This document shows positions 11,294-21,576 of a DNA stretch of 64,000 nt, piece after piece. This stretch comes from Cyanobacteria bacterium P01_F01_bin.150 (GTDB lineage Bacteria; Cyanobacteriota; Cyanobacteriia; CAKZMO01). The DNA lies in contig JBCCYL010000003.1 of assembly GCA_039189765.1 (NCBI GenBank), forward strand, positions 1 to 64,000, written 5' to 3'. The notes under the pieces were generated by a model, which saw only the letters and a program-made list of their open reading frames with translations, did not search any database and was not told the DNA's origin. The translations under genes were made by a program, and so were the position numbers. Each line of letters begins with the position of its first letter. The stretch's first letter is position 1.

Positions 11294-13180
11294 CTAGTTC
11301 AATCCCCAATGGCTAGAGGATTCCTGTAGCATATGCAAACGATGGTAAATGCCTCCATGGTGCAGGAGTTCCTCATGATTGCCCACTTCAGCAATGCGGC
11401 CTTGGTCGAGAACGACAATTTTGTCTGCTTCCCGGACCGTACTTAATCGGTGGGCAATAATTAAGGTCGTGCGAGTCCCTAAAATCCGACGCATAGCCAG
11501 TTGGATTGCGCGTTCTGATTCGTAGTCCAGGCTAGAGGTTGCCTCGTCAAATACCAGGATGTCTGGGTCGACCAAAAGAGCACGGGCAATGCCCAATCGC
11601 TGCCGTTGGCCGCCTGATAATCTTACTCCCCGCTCTCCCACAACGGTTCGATAGCCCTGGGGCATTATTTGCACAAATTCATCTACTCGGGCAATTTCGC
11701 AGGCGGACTGAATTTGCGATGGGGTCGCGTGGGGATTGCCATAAGTGAGGTTATCAAGCAATGTGCCGTTAAAGACATCAACCTCTTGGTGAACAATCGC
11801 TAAACGTTTGCGGTAGGCTGAAATACTCAGATTGCGAATATCCTGTCCGTCAATCTGGATACAGCCTGTATCCGGCTCAAAATAGCGAAATAGGAGCTTC
11901 ACTAAAGTAGATTTTCCTGAACCCGACCGCCCCACTAAAGCAACAGTCTGATAGGGTTCGATGATGAAATCAATGTCTTGAAGAACGGGGCGATTAGCTT
12001 CGTAGCCAAAAGAGATATGGGAAAAATCAATCTTGCCAGTGAATGTGTAGGGCGATCGCCCTGCTATTTTCCCTTGAATCCCAGGATTTCCGGCTGGCGT
12101 TCCATGCACTCCTTCCTGAACGACGCTATGGGCTTCAATTCCCCTCGGTTCATTCATAAACTCATGGAATCGCACCATTGAAGCATAGCGACGGGCAAAC
12201 ATTTCGGCAACGTCACTGATTGGCTCTAACTCAGCATAGGCCATGTTTGCAATTGTTAACGTTGTAATAAAGTGTCCCAGGGACATGCGGCCATTCAACG
12301 TTGCCATAAGGGTCAGACCCAGTATGCCAAACATACAGGATTGAATCACGGTCCGTTGCCAGGTAAATAACCTGACATAGCCTTTATGAATACGGTGAAT
12401 AACCACCTGGCATTCTCGTTCAAACCGACGTTGCTGCCGCTTTAGCTCTTGGCCTTCAGTGGCAAACGCTTTAACGGTTTTAATATTGGTGATGAGTTCG
12501 GACGTTCGACTTTCCGTATTCTCCATGTATTTATCTAACACGGCTTCTCTTTTAATCAGTCGTCCCAGACCTTTCAAGGTAAAACTGAGAATGGTGATAA
12601 ACGAAATCAGAAACGCAAAGGCAATTCGTCCATCTAGCCACCAAATGACAAAGAAAATTCCCAGAACCCTCAATAGTTTAGGAATCAACTGGCCTGCAAT
12701 TTGGGGATAGGTCCAGGTATGGTTAGATAGCCCCCTAGCCACGCGCCCTGCAATCCGACCAGGATTGTGTTCGTCGTAAAATTCTAGGGGCAAAGAGAGG
12801 ACTTGTTCGATGACACGATGGGACTGATCTCGTCTGGCTCTCAAGGGAACCGACCAGTGGAACCAAATGCCAAGCCAAGGCTGAATGGGTGCGCGAACAA
12901 CAGACACCATAAAGATTATGGTCAGCAAGACCGCTAAGATGAATCCTTTGGTCATTGCAAACGGTTGTCCGTTTATGATGACCCCCAACCCAGCCGTATG
13001 CCTGACGATGGATTGAGTTAATGGGTCAATTACTCCTCCTGCTAATACGTTGAGGATTTGTCCAGTGGCATAGGGAACAAACAGATCAATAATTTCGAAT
13101 AGGCTGCTGGCGGCGATGCTGGCAATGGCGATCGCCCGATAGTCTTGAAAATAACGCAGCAGGTCACGAAAGGTAGCCAT
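11294..13180 (-). CDS. ABC exporter, fused TMD + ATPase
   Basis: TM helices; GRSGSGKST, LSGGQRQR, VFDEATS, IAHRL. Confidence 0.93.
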   Translation of the reverse strand: MATFRDLLRYFQDYRAIAIASIAASSLFEIIDLFVPYATGQILNVLAGGVIDPLTQSIVRHTAGLGVIINGQPFAMTKGFILAVLLTIIFMVSVVRAPIQPWLGIWFHWSVPLRARRDQSHRVIEQVLSLPLEFYDEHNPGRIAGRVARGLSNHTWTYPQIAGQLIPKLLRVLGIFFVIWWLDGRIAFAFLISFITILSFTLKGLGRLIKREAVLDKYMENTESRTSELITNIKTVKAFATEGQELKRQQRRFERECQVVIHRIHKGYVRLFTWQRTVIQSCMFGILGLTLMATLNGRMSLGHFITTLTIANMAYAELEPISDVAEMFARRYASMVRFHEFMNEPRGIEAHSVVQEGVHGTPAGNPGIQGKIAGRSPYTFTGKIDFSHISFGYEANRPVLQDIDFIIEPYQTVALVGRSGSGKSTLVKLLFRYFEPDTGCIQIDGQDIRNLSISAYRKRLAIVHQEVDVFNGTLLDNLTYGNPHATPSQIQSACEIARVDEFVQIMPQGYRTVVGERGVRLSGGQRQRLGIARALLVDPDILVFDEATSSLDYESERAIQLAMRRILGTRTTLIIAHRLSTVREADKIVVLDQGRIAEVGNHEELLHHGGIYHRLHMLQESSSHWGLN

Positions 13181-13398
13181 AGCACTCTGTCAATTAATGG
13201 GGGGCAATAAGGGTTAGTAGATCATATATAGGCCAATGACTACACAGTGTAGCATGACATACTACTTATTGGCCAAAAAAATCGGGACATGGTCAACCAC
13301 ATCCCGCTGTCTGCTCAGAAAAATGAAATCTTTGGTCCCCAAGTGGATGGTATCAATATCCACTGATCTGAAATATCGCAATTGACTGAAGATTTGCC

Positions 13399-13509
13399 CT
13401 AGTTATAGGCATAAGCCGTTTGCAATGCCCAGATAATCAGAAACGTAATACTACCTAAAATCAGGAGCCCTGAAATTAACACCGCGATCGGCGAATCAGC
13501 ATTGTCCAT
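13399..13509 (-). CDS. 36-aa single-pass membrane protein (not in ORF track)
   Basis: MDNADSPIAVLISGLLILGSITFLIIWALQTAYAYN*; GGAG 8 nt before ATG; hydrophobic helix. Confidence 0.7.
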   Translation of the reverse strand: MDNADSPIAVLISGLLILGSITFLIIWALQTAYAYN

Positions 13510-13690
13510 ATTTATCACTCCTATATGCGCTCTAAATCACAATGGATATCCTAATCAACCTCAGGATATAGTTAAAAGTCCATAACCAAATGCGTATAGA
13601 GGGCTATGCCTTCGTTAATCACCTATTTCCCATTTGTTTTTTTTAAGAGTTTTGCGTTAGTTGTTTACGCTCGCTTACATTTCTCAACAC

Positions 13691-14059
13691 TTACAGCTCA
13701 TCTTCATCTTCAGGCTCGTCGAGATGTTCAGATACATCTCGATACAAATTGAGAATATGATGGTCTTTGAGGGAATAAAAAACATTTCGGCCTTGCTTTC
13801 GATACCGTACAAATCTCATGGCACGTAAGATGCGGAGCTGATGAGATACTGCTGACTCAGTCATCTCTACTGCCTTGGCTAAATCTCTCACTCGCAATTC
13901 CCCCAAGGCCAGAGCTGATAAAATCCTCCATCGATTTGGATCGCCCAACGTTCCAAAAAATTCAGCCATTCGCTGAGCCTTTTCCATACTCAGAATTTGA
14001 TCGGGAGATAGAGGCGATAAAGGAGCATCCTGGGTATCGTTTTGAGCCGATTTTGCCAT
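13691..14059 (-). CDS. ArsR/SmtB family metal-sensing repressor
   Basis: AEFFGTLGDPNR, ESAVSHQLR HTH, alpha5-type D-x-H...H-x2-E site (DHH...HLDE). Confidence 0.9.
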   Translation of the reverse strand: MAKSAQNDTQDAPLSPLSPDQILSMEKAQRMAEFFGTLGDPNRWRILSALALGELRVRDLAKAVEMTESAVSHQLRILRAMRFVRYRKQGRNVFYSLKDHHILNLYRDVSEHLDEPEDEDEL

Positions 14060-14150
14060 GAACCATATGCGACAGGAATCGAAGACATCTCACGAGTGTA
14101 CCGCTATACTCCTGAAATTTGAGAAATATGCAGAAAAATATACCTTCTCT

Positions 14151-14233
14151 AGGGTTTCGTTTTAGGGCGAAACAGAATTAACGGTCGTGTGGACGCGACT
14201 CGCTCACACGACCCACCTAAAATTGATATCCCC
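14151..14233 (-). repeat. Palindromic element, divergent member of family A
   Basis: Minus strand GGGAT..ATTTTAGG + hairpin ggtcgtgtg/cacacgacc + second hairpin + CCC; head-to-head with 14240-14321. Confidence 0.45.
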
Positions 14234-14239
14234 TTCTCT

Positions 14240-14321
14240 GGCTTGTATTTTAAGGCGGGAAACTGGGGCGCGGAGCGCCCCAGTTTCCCGTTAGATCGTT
14301 CCCGGCTTAAAACTTAAGCCC
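14240..14321 (+). repeat. Dispersed palindromic element family A, copy 1
   Basis: cgggaaactggggcgc-gga-gcgccccagtttcccg plus ggcttaa-aac-ttaagcc; near-identical copy at 19517-19602. Confidence 0.85.
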
Positions 14322-14386
14322 CTTTTCTAGAATTCCTAGACGGATATTCTGTCAAATCATCCTTCAAGAGAGAGTTTGAGTGGCTA

Positions 14387-14415
14387 TTGATAGTTGTAGT
14401 ATTTTGTAGTATGAT
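14387..14415 (+). promoter_or_regulatory. Putative sigma70-type promoter of the RNA ligase gene
   Basis: TTGATA-N17-TATGAT; ttgtagtat direct repeat in the spacer; CGTGA-N6-TCACG palindrome just downstream. Confidence 0.55.
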
Positions 14416-14540
14416 GTATATAGCGTGATTCAATTCACGTATCAGCATTTTAATCACCACATCTCTAAATCCAGATTTTCCTCAGGCCCGCGTGCTATGA
14501 GGTGGGTTGCTCTGGAGATAACGTGGTAAGGAGTTGAGAT

Positions 14541-15893
14541 ATGCCTGTAATCGTGATGACCGTTAATGAGGTTAGCCTGCATCCAAATGCAGATAGTTTG
14601 CGCGTCTACCAGATGAGTGCACCCGCCTATGGCTCCATCCAGATTATTGCCAATCTTGACAACTGTTATGAGAAGGGCGATCGTGTCGTCGTCGCGTTAA
14701 CTGATTCCGTACTCAAAGATGGGACTAAAATTAAGCCCACCAAACTACGAGGCTTGTCGTCTTCTGGGATGGCAATGGGCAAGACTGAAGAAGACGTCGG
14801 TATCGATCTGTCGGCGCACTATTGCCAAAAGTCATTGACAAATTCTGGCACTTTTATCAAATGGCCTAGTATCGAATTACTGCACAACCTGTGTCGTAGT
14901 ATGGAGTACTTGGAAGAAAAGCCTACCCTGACGTATCGAGCTAAGGTGAAATTAGATGGAACCAATGCTGGAGTGCAAATTTCCCCCGAGGGGCAGCTAT
15001 GTGTACAAAGTCGTACCCAGCTAATCACTCCTAAAAAGGACAATATGGGGTTTGCTGCTTGGGTAAATGAACACTTGGCATATTTTTCAGGTCTTGCTGG
15101 TCACGAACACATAACCGTGTTTGGCGAATGGTGTGGAAAAGGGATTCAAAATCGTACTGCCATTTCTCAGATTGAGCGCCGAGTATTTGCTGTGTTTGCG
15201 ATTCAGTATGGAGGCATCAATGGTCATGTGGCTAAACTAGAAGTGAGTCCTGAGCAGATTCGCGATCGCCTCCCCAGCCACCCCGACATCTTTGTCCTGC
15301 CTTTTTACGGAGAGCCTATCAAGCTGGACTTTAGCTCCAAGGAGCAGCTCAAGATTCAGGCGGAACACCTCAGTCAGTGGGTGGATGCCGTTGAGCACAG
15401 TGACCCTTGGGTTAAAGAGACCTTTGGGCTTGAGGGCCTTGGCGAAGGATTAGTGATGTATCCCATGATTAGTCGCGCCGGGGGCGATCGCAATAATGGG
15501 CACATTGATGCTGGGCAAGATGATGGGCATGGCAGCCGCCACAGTATCGAGCGGTTGGGCTACTCGGAACTTTTGTTCAAAGCCAAGGGCCTCAAACATC
15601 ACGTGGCGAAAGTAAAGAAGCCTGTCCAGGTGGATCCAGAAAAAGTAAAGGGAATCAATGAATTTGTCACCTTATTTGTAACGGAAGTCCGGCTTGAACA
15701 GGGGGCGACAGAAGCCTGTGGTGGTGAGTTCTCGATGAAAAAAATGGGGGTGTTTCTAAAGTGGCTGACTAACGATGTTCAAAAGGAGAGTAAAGCTGAA
15801 CTGGAGGCGTCTCAACTAACCTGGAAAGAGGTTAATAAAGCGGTGATGAATGCGGCCCGAGACTGGTATCGCAAAAAAGCAACCGCTCTCTAA
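14541..15893 (+). CDS. ATP-dependent RNA ligase (Rnl2-like) with N-terminal tRNA-binding-type OB fold
   Basis: HPNADSL...KLRGLSSSGM OB fold; nucleotidyltransferase motifs KLDGTN (I), FGEW (III), FAVFAI (IIIa), EGLVM (IV), FKAK (V). Confidence 0.85.
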   Translation: MPVIVMTVNEVSLHPNADSLRVYQMSAPAYGSIQIIANLDNCYEKGDRVVVALTDSVLKDGTKIKPTKLRGLSSSGMAMGKTEEDVGIDLSAHYCQKSLTNSGTFIKWPSIELLHNLCRSMEYLEEKPTLTYRAKVKLDGTNAGVQISPEGQLCVQSRTQLITPKKDNMGFAAWVNEHLAYFSGLAGHEHITVFGEWCGKGIQNRTAISQIERRVFAVFAIQYGGINGHVAKLEVSPEQIRDRLPSHPDIFVLPFYGEPIKLDFSSKEQLKIQAEHLSQWVDAVEHSDPWVKETFGLEGLGEGLVMYPMISRAGGDRNNGHIDAGQDDGHGSRHSIERLGYSELLFKAKGLKHHVAKVKKPVQVDPEKVKGINEFVTLFVTEVRLEQGATEACGGEFSMKKMGVFLKWLTNDVQKESKAELEASQLTWKEVNKAVMNAARDWYRKKATAL

Positions 15894-15906
15894 AAACGAT
15901 GGACCC

Positions 15907-16209
15907 TTACAAGATCTCTTGTTCCTGATCGGATGAAGGAGTAATGTAGCTAATTTTTTCTTTGTCAGGCAGAACAGGTTCCATTGGTTCTAGGCCGCTG
16001 GTGTCGTAGCCGTGGGCCATTAGCTCTTTTCTCAAAATTTTCATCGTGTCCTGATAACAGAAAAAAGCCCCGTCAAAAAAGGCGCGATCGCCTTCAGTCA
16101 CTGACTTTTGGTTGAGGGCGATCGCTTCCTCAAAACGGTTGTGTACGGCTGCAATGTAGGTTTTAATAAGATCCTCTACCTCTGGGTTCACTAGTTTACT
16201 CCCCCGCAT
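15907..16209 (-). CDS. Hypothetical protein
   Basis: 100-aa ORF filling the gap between genes; no recognised motif. Confidence 0.6.
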   Translation of the reverse strand: MRGSKLVNPEVEDLIKTYIAAVHNRFEEAIALNQKSVTEGDRAFFDGAFFCYQDTMKILRKELMAHGYDTSGLEPMEPVLPDKEKISYITPSSDQEQEIL

Positions 16210-16305
16210 ACATTTCGCATCTTAATCTTCAAACGATGGTGAGAGCACTCTGTGATTTCACCATTCTGTGTTGTGTTTTACCTTAAAACGCAACCCTCTT
16301 TTCTC

Positions 16306-17853
16306 CTATTCATTTGAGGCTATTATATCTTCTGGCGACTCTAACATTGCACCATTAAGATCATCCACCTGTTTTTCTATATTCAACAACATTTGTTTTA
16401 GTTCGGGTAGAGATGCTTGCTCTGGATTGGACAGCCGTGGATAAGCGTCTAATCGCGCCTTCAATGTACTAATTTTAGTTTGCAGTCGTTTAGCGGTACT
16501 GACTGCATCTTGACCAATTCGAGCGACCTGCTGCTGCTGGTAAAAGTTGAGGGCTGCACCTCGTAAAACCTGTAAAGTGGCTTGCTCGCCATATTTTCCT
16601 GGAATAAATCGAAACCTCAGCAATACGCGCTTGCCTTTATAAAATCGTTCCAGCTCGACCTGTTTAGTATTGTTCAGCGGTAAAAGCGGTAAACGGGTTA
16701 GCCGCTTAAATTCATTGATTAATGCTTGAAATTTAACGGGTACAACATGATCGACCGCCGCTTGTAGCACTCCACTTTGGCTCCAGAGGATACGGCCGTA
16801 TTCAGCTTTTCGCTCAAAATATAGGCGACCGATCCCACCGCTCATTGCCCTAGCCAGTAGTTCCTTCAGTAATTCCCGTGGGGCCAACATTTCTAGGGCA
16901 TCAATTGACTCGCCCCCATGCTCAGCCTGAACCTGCATTGATAAGGGCGGTTCCCCTCCTGGAGTTGATGGTAGAGATTGAGAATCTGGTCCTGAGGTCT
17001 CCATTGATGGAGAGTGTGAAGCTTGGCTGTTAGTGTAATTAGAATGACTGGCTTGAGAATCATAAGACAATGGCGACAAAGGTGGTGTTACAACCACTGC
17101 ACCCTCGGTCGTTAGTTCCGAGGACGTATCTGACAATTCTTCCGGCGTTAACAGTTGGGTCACTACATCATCATCAGTGGTATCCAATTGGAGAATGTCA
17201 GTCTTTTCTGGATCAATACAAGTCAACTCATCCGCTGGCAGAATGGGGGCGTTATCCATTTCTGGATAATCGGTTCTTTGGGACTCTGCTCCCTGGGTAT
17301 TAGACACCATGTCCGATATGTCTACCTGTTCTGTGGCATCCAATACCAGCGTTTCACGACTATTGGTTTCTAAGTTGTGGGGAATACTCTTATACTCAGG
17401 CTGGCTATCATTTTGATGGGTTTGAGCTGGAGGTGCTTTAGAGACGGCCACCTGTCGCTGTGCGGCTGTAGATTGGCTATCGGAGTATTTGAGATAGGCT
17501 GAGAGGGCGGCCTGGAGTGCTTGAGATGAAATACGGCGAGTTAATAAAGAGTAATTGAGGTACGACACAATACGGCGGACATAATCGCTAGCCGTATTGT
17601 CTTCTGGGTTCACCATGCCCAAATGTAGCCGACTACCATCCAAAAAGAGAGGTAGCACTTGATAATATAAACATGCTTCGATCGGCAAGACGCCATCCAC
17701 CAGAATAAACATCTGCTCTATATTCAGCCGCTCCGTCAGGGTTTCTTCCGAGAAGAACTGGCTGAGATGATGAATCAGTTCTCGATACGCTTGTTGATTC
17801 CCTATGGATCTTGGGGGTGAGTTAGGGGATATCGAATCGTTGAACGGCAACAT
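16306..17853 (-). CDS. GspE/PilB N-terminal-domain protein lacking the ATPase domain
   Basis: LPIEACLYYQVLPL...LHLGMVNPED, acidic linker, GIGRLYFE...GEQATLQVLRG; no Walker A; start at in-frame ATG 17853. Confidence 0.7.
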   Translation of the reverse strand: MLPFNDSISPNSPPRSIGNQQAYRELIHHLSQFFSEETLTERLNIEQMFILVDGVLPIEACLYYQVLPLFLDGSRLHLGMVNPEDNTASDYVRRIVSYLNYSLLTRRISSQALQAALSAYLKYSDSQSTAAQRQVAVSKAPPAQTHQNDSQPEYKSIPHNLETNSRETLVLDATEQVDISDMVSNTQGAESQRTDYPEMDNAPILPADELTCIDPEKTDILQLDTTDDDVVTQLLTPEELSDTSSELTTEGAVVVTPPLSPLSYDSQASHSNYTNSQASHSPSMETSGPDSQSLPSTPGGEPPLSMQVQAEHGGESIDALEMLAPRELLKELLARAMSGGIGRLYFERKAEYGRILWSQSGVLQAAVDHVVPVKFQALINEFKRLTRLPLLPLNNTKQVELERFYKGKRVLLRFRFIPGKYGEQATLQVLRGAALNFYQQQQVARIGQDAVSTAKRLQTKISTLKARLDAYPRLSNPEQASLPELKQMLLNIEKQVDDLNGAMLESPEDIIASNE

Positions 17854-17950
17854 TTCTTCTAGGTGATGATGGTAAATATCAAATACGTAACCTTTCAACC
17901 GATTCCAATGTTTAGCAGGTCAATTTTTCTTTAGCTCACATGGTATCGGA

Positions 17951-19105
17951 TTACGCCGCTCCTCGAATGGTTTGCGATGTCAAATACAGCTTACTCCATT
18001 CACTCATAATCTGGCTGGCTTTTGAGTTTGATTCACTAGCAATTTCGTCAATGGTTTTGCCATCTTTGAGCTTGTTAATAATTTGTTGTTGGGTTGGAGT
18101 GAGCTTGGCCCAAAAATCATCCCACTGGGCAGGAGTCAAGCCTAGACTATGGTCAGTTAGTGAAGTGCCTAGCCAACTAGTTACGAGCTCATGCTGACTT
18201 TTAAGCCCAAACACTCGAATGGCATGATAGCTAATTTTTTCTCGCAGTCGATACACTTGACGAATATCAAGACCCATTTGTTGGGCAATGGTTTCTTGGG
18301 TCTTCCCTTGGAGATGATATTGAAGCCATTCGGCGGCTTCTGCACTGACATTCTCTTCCAAATAGGATACAAACTCATTTTTGACTGTAGAGCGGAGGGA
18401 TTGCTGGTCTTCCCAGTGCTGAGTGTCTTGATATTGGGAGATCGCTTCGTCGTCCAGTAGGCTCACTGGGTTAGCGCTTTCATCAAGGGCTACTTCCTCG
18501 GAGACAAGGCGAATCATATCGCCACTGGGCACTTGGGTCATTCCGCCCCGTTGTGTACGCCGTAAATAATTGACAAATCGATAGACCAGTAGGGGCTGAT
18601 TACGAATTGGGCGCAGGCAATATTCCTCAATACTCGTTAGCATCAGAGCATTACGTAGGCGAGGATCTTGGGTACACTGAGCAATCCAGCGAATTTGTCC
18701 TTGGATGTGGCGATCGCTTTGAATCATTTCTTGAATCACCTCTTGCAAGACATCCACCACACTTCGGCGGCGATCCCGAGAGAGTGAAACCCATGTTTTG
18801 ATTTTGTTACGAATTAGAAATAAACTGCCCAAGCGTTGAATAAGCTGGTTGTATCCCTTGGCTTGGGGAAGTCCCAAATATCGCTGTAACAAGATGCGAT
18901 AGCGATAATCCATCGCCTGCTTGGTAACAGATAGTTGTTCCTTAGAGAGTTGGTCAAAACGATCGCGATCGTCACCCAGAAGCCACAAGACGATACTCGC
19001 AATCGATGCTTCAGGCTGTTCTGGGCAATCCTTTTGGATGCGCGATTGCCACTCCTTCCCTAGATCATCAACTATTGCCATTAACTCATCATCCCCGAAT
19101 GCCAC
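17951..19105 (-). CDS. HetZ-related protein (sigma-like, C-terminal HTHs)
   Basis: SIVLWLLG, YRYRILLQRYL, EEYCLRPIRNQPLLVYRFVNYLRR, C-terminal HTH elements. Confidence 0.75.
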   Translation of the reverse strand: MAFGDDELMAIVDDLGKEWQSRIQKDCPEQPEASIASIVLWLLGDDRDRFDQLSKEQLSVTKQAMDYRYRILLQRYLGLPQAKGYNQLIQRLGSLFLIRNKIKTWVSLSRDRRRSVVDVLQEVIQEMIQSDRHIQGQIRWIAQCTQDPRLRNALMLTSIEEYCLRPIRNQPLLVYRFVNYLRRTQRGGMTQVPSGDMIRLVSEEVALDESANPVSLLDDEAISQYQDTQHWEDQQSLRSTVKNEFVSYLEENVSAEAAEWLQYHLQGKTQETIAQQMGLDIRQVYRLREKISYHAIRVFGLKSQHELVTSWLGTSLTDHSLGLTPAQWDDFWAKLTPTQQQIINKLKDGKTIDEIASESNSKASQIMSEWSKLYLTSQTIRGAA

Positions 19106-19233
19106 GTCACAATCTGTCTCTCTTTCAATTACACGCTAAATCCGCTGACCGTAACCACTAGAACCGTATTATCAGGAATTATACGCTAGTCTTTCCAATC
19201 CCTGAGTGACCTAACTTTAAATAAAGAAATTAA

Positions 19234-19326
19234 TATAGTGATCCGGTTTGATTTTTGAACGTGGGGGCGGACGAAGCCCGCCCCCACGTTCAATCTTCTG
19301 TTCAGCAATCAGATATCATTCTTATA
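19234..19326. repeat. MITE-like palindromic element
   Basis: TATA-bounded imperfect terminal repeats around a perfect 16-bp stem ttgaacgtgggggcgg/ccgcccccacgttcaa (19255-19293). Confidence 0.6.
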
Positions 19327-19516
19327 TGGTGGCCACATTACTTGCTCACATTCTGGTCGATGTGGCAAATTCTCTTCTGTGGATTTTATTCTAGGCTCTT
19401 TAGACTGCACATTTCATTCATGTAATCACCCTATTGTGTTTTCTTTTATGAAGAGAGTACCCAAATGGGTGAATTTAACGACGAGCATTACATTTTTTAT
19501 AACCCATTGCATAAAA

Positions 19517-19602
19517 GGGCTTGCATTTTAAGGCGGGAAACTGGGGCGCGGAGCGCCCCAGTTTCCCGTTGGATTTTTTTTCCCGGCTTAAGTTTTAAGC
19601 CC
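19517..19602 (+). repeat. Dispersed palindromic element family A, copy 2
   Basis: Same central stem as 14240-14321; terminal hairpin loop gtt instead of aac. Confidence 0.85.
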
Positions 19603-19710
19603 ATAGCAAGGTTAGGTAAAAAGAACCTCAAGGAACCTGCTATCCCTAATCACCTCGACGCTACAATGGAATGCGGTTGATCATCAATTACCCCATTACT
19701 TTTATTGCTT

Positions 19711-21195
19711 ATGTCCACAGCAGCACCTGCAAAAACTGAATACGAAGCGATTATTGGCCTAGAAACCCATTGTCAACTCAGTACCAACACCAAAATTTTC
19801 TCCCCCAGCTCTACCGAATTTGGGGCATCGCCCAATACCCATATTGATCCGATTGTAATGGGATTGCCAGGAGTTTTACCGGTTCTCAATGAGACGGTGT
19901 TGGAGTATGCAGTTAAAACAGGACTAGCGCTAAACTGCTCCATTGCACCTTATAGTAAATTTGATCGCAAGCAATACTTCTATCCCGATCTTCCTAAAAA
20001 CTATCAGATTTCTCAGTATGACTTGCCGATTGCAGAGCATGGTCATATCGAAATTGAAATGGTAGATAAAAAAGGAAACGCTACCCGCAAGCAGATCGGC
20101 ATTACCCGGCTTCATATGGAAGAAGATGCAGGCAAACTTGTGCATGGAGGAAGCGGCCGTATTGGTGGTTCTACGTTTTCTCTAGTGGATTACAACCGTG
20201 CTGGTGTTGCTTTGGTGGAAATTGTATCAGAGCCGGATATTCGCTCTGGCCGAGAAGCTGCGGCCTATGCCGAAGAAATCCGTCGGATTGTCCGCTATCT
20301 GGGAGTGAGTGATGGCAATATGCAAGAGGGATCATTGCGCTGTGACGTTAATATCTCTGTGCGTCCAGTGGGGCAGAAGGAGTTTGGCACTAAGGTGGAA
20401 ATTAAAAATATGAACTCCTTTAGTGCGATCGCCAAAGCTATTGATTACGAAATTGAGCGGCAAATTGATGCAGTGGAAGCGGGGGAGCCGATTATTCAGG
20501 AAACTCGTTTGTGGGATGAAGGTGGACAGTTTACCGTCAGCATGCGGGTAAAAGAGGGTTCTAGTGACTATCGCTATTTCCCAGAACCAGACTTAGGGCC
20601 GATAGAGGTGTCTAAGGAGCAGCTCAGCTCATGGCAGGGAGAACTGCCCGAACTGCCTGCACAAAAACGGACGCGTTACCAAACTGCGCTAGAATTATCT
20701 GCCTATGACGCGGGGGTTCTAACCGACGATCGGACGGTGGCTGAGTATTTTGAAGCAGCCGTTACCGCAGGCGGAAATCCGAAGCTGGCAGCAAACTGGA
20801 TTACCCAGGATATTGGTGCTTACCTCAACAAGAATAAGTTGGCGATTACTGATATTGCTCTTACGGCGGAATATTTGGCAGAAATGATTGGATTGATTGA
20901 AAAAGGTTCGATCAGCAATAAAATTGGTAAGGATATTCTGCCGGATTTATTGACCGAGGGTGGCTCACCCAAGGCGCTAGTGGAGAAGCGAGGGTTGGTT
21001 CAGGTTTCAGACCCATCCGTCATTGAACCACTCATTGATGAAGTCATTGCAGCTCATCCTGAGGAGCTTGAAAAATATCGGGCTGGGAAAAAGAAAATGT
21101 TGGGATTCTTTGTGGGGCAAGTAATGAAAAAGTCCAAAGGCAAAGCCGATCCAAAATTGACGAACCAGTTGCTGCAGAAAAAGCTCAATGGTTAA
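19711..21195 (+). CDS. gatB: Asp-tRNA(Asn)/Glu-tRNA(Gln) amidotransferase subunit B
   Basis: IGLETHCQL, FDRKQYFYPDLPK, HMEEDAGK, DYRYFPEPDL, YqeY-like tail. Confidence 0.97.
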   Translation: MSTAAPAKTEYEAIIGLETHCQLSTNTKIFSPSSTEFGASPNTHIDPIVMGLPGVLPVLNETVLEYAVKTGLALNCSIAPYSKFDRKQYFYPDLPKNYQISQYDLPIAEHGHIEIEMVDKKGNATRKQIGITRLHMEEDAGKLVHGGSGRIGGSTFSLVDYNRAGVALVEIVSEPDIRSGREAAAYAEEIRRIVRYLGVSDGNMQEGSLRCDVNISVRPVGQKEFGTKVEIKNMNSFSAIAKAIDYEIERQIDAVEAGEPIIQETRLWDEGGQFTVSMRVKEGSSDYRYFPEPDLGPIEVSKEQLSSWQGELPELPAQKRTRYQTALELSAYDAGVLTDDRTVAEYFEAAVTAGGNPKLAANWITQDIGAYLNKNKLAITDIALTAEYLAEMIGLIEKGSISNKIGKDILPDLLTEGGSPKALVEKRGLVQVSDPSVIEPLIDEVIAAHPEELEKYRAGKKKMLGFFVGQVMKKSKGKADPKLTNQLLQKKLNG

Positions 21196-21294
21196 TTGGG
21201 TGTTGGATGTACAGGCGTAGAGGAATTGGGTGAAGGGGGGGCGCGATCGCCTCCTTACAGTAGACTTCTCATTTCTAGGATACTAGGAATCCTT

Positions 21295-21576
21295 TTAGCG
21301 GATTGGCCTAGAAAGAACCAATAGATTGCAGATATCGAATAGCGTTGAGACAACGCTGAATGCTATCCCAATTACTAGAGAGCCTTGGAATACATTTCCA
21401 TTCCCAAAGGTCTGTAAAACATGAATGAAGTAAGCCATTCCATGGGTCGAAGATAGCTGGAGAAAGGGGACTACGCTCATCAACAGGAAAATCGCAAATA
21501 GTGTTGCAATGACGCATAGTGGCACTATCAGTCCAAATATCCCAGTTGTAAATAGAGATCGAAGATTATAGGACAT
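21295..21576 (-). CDS. Small membrane protein
   Basis: 93 aa, hydrophobic helices, FG.G...G..VIG pattern. Confidence 0.65.
   Translation of the reverse strand: MSYNLRSLFTTGIFGLIVPLCVIATLFAIFLLMSVVPFLQLSSTHGMAYFIHVLQTFGNGNVFQGSLVIGIAFSVVSTLFDICNLLVLSRPIR

Noticed and set aside
19465..19680. 71-aa ORF upstream of gatB
   Set aside because: Runs through a palindromic repeat element; likely spurious
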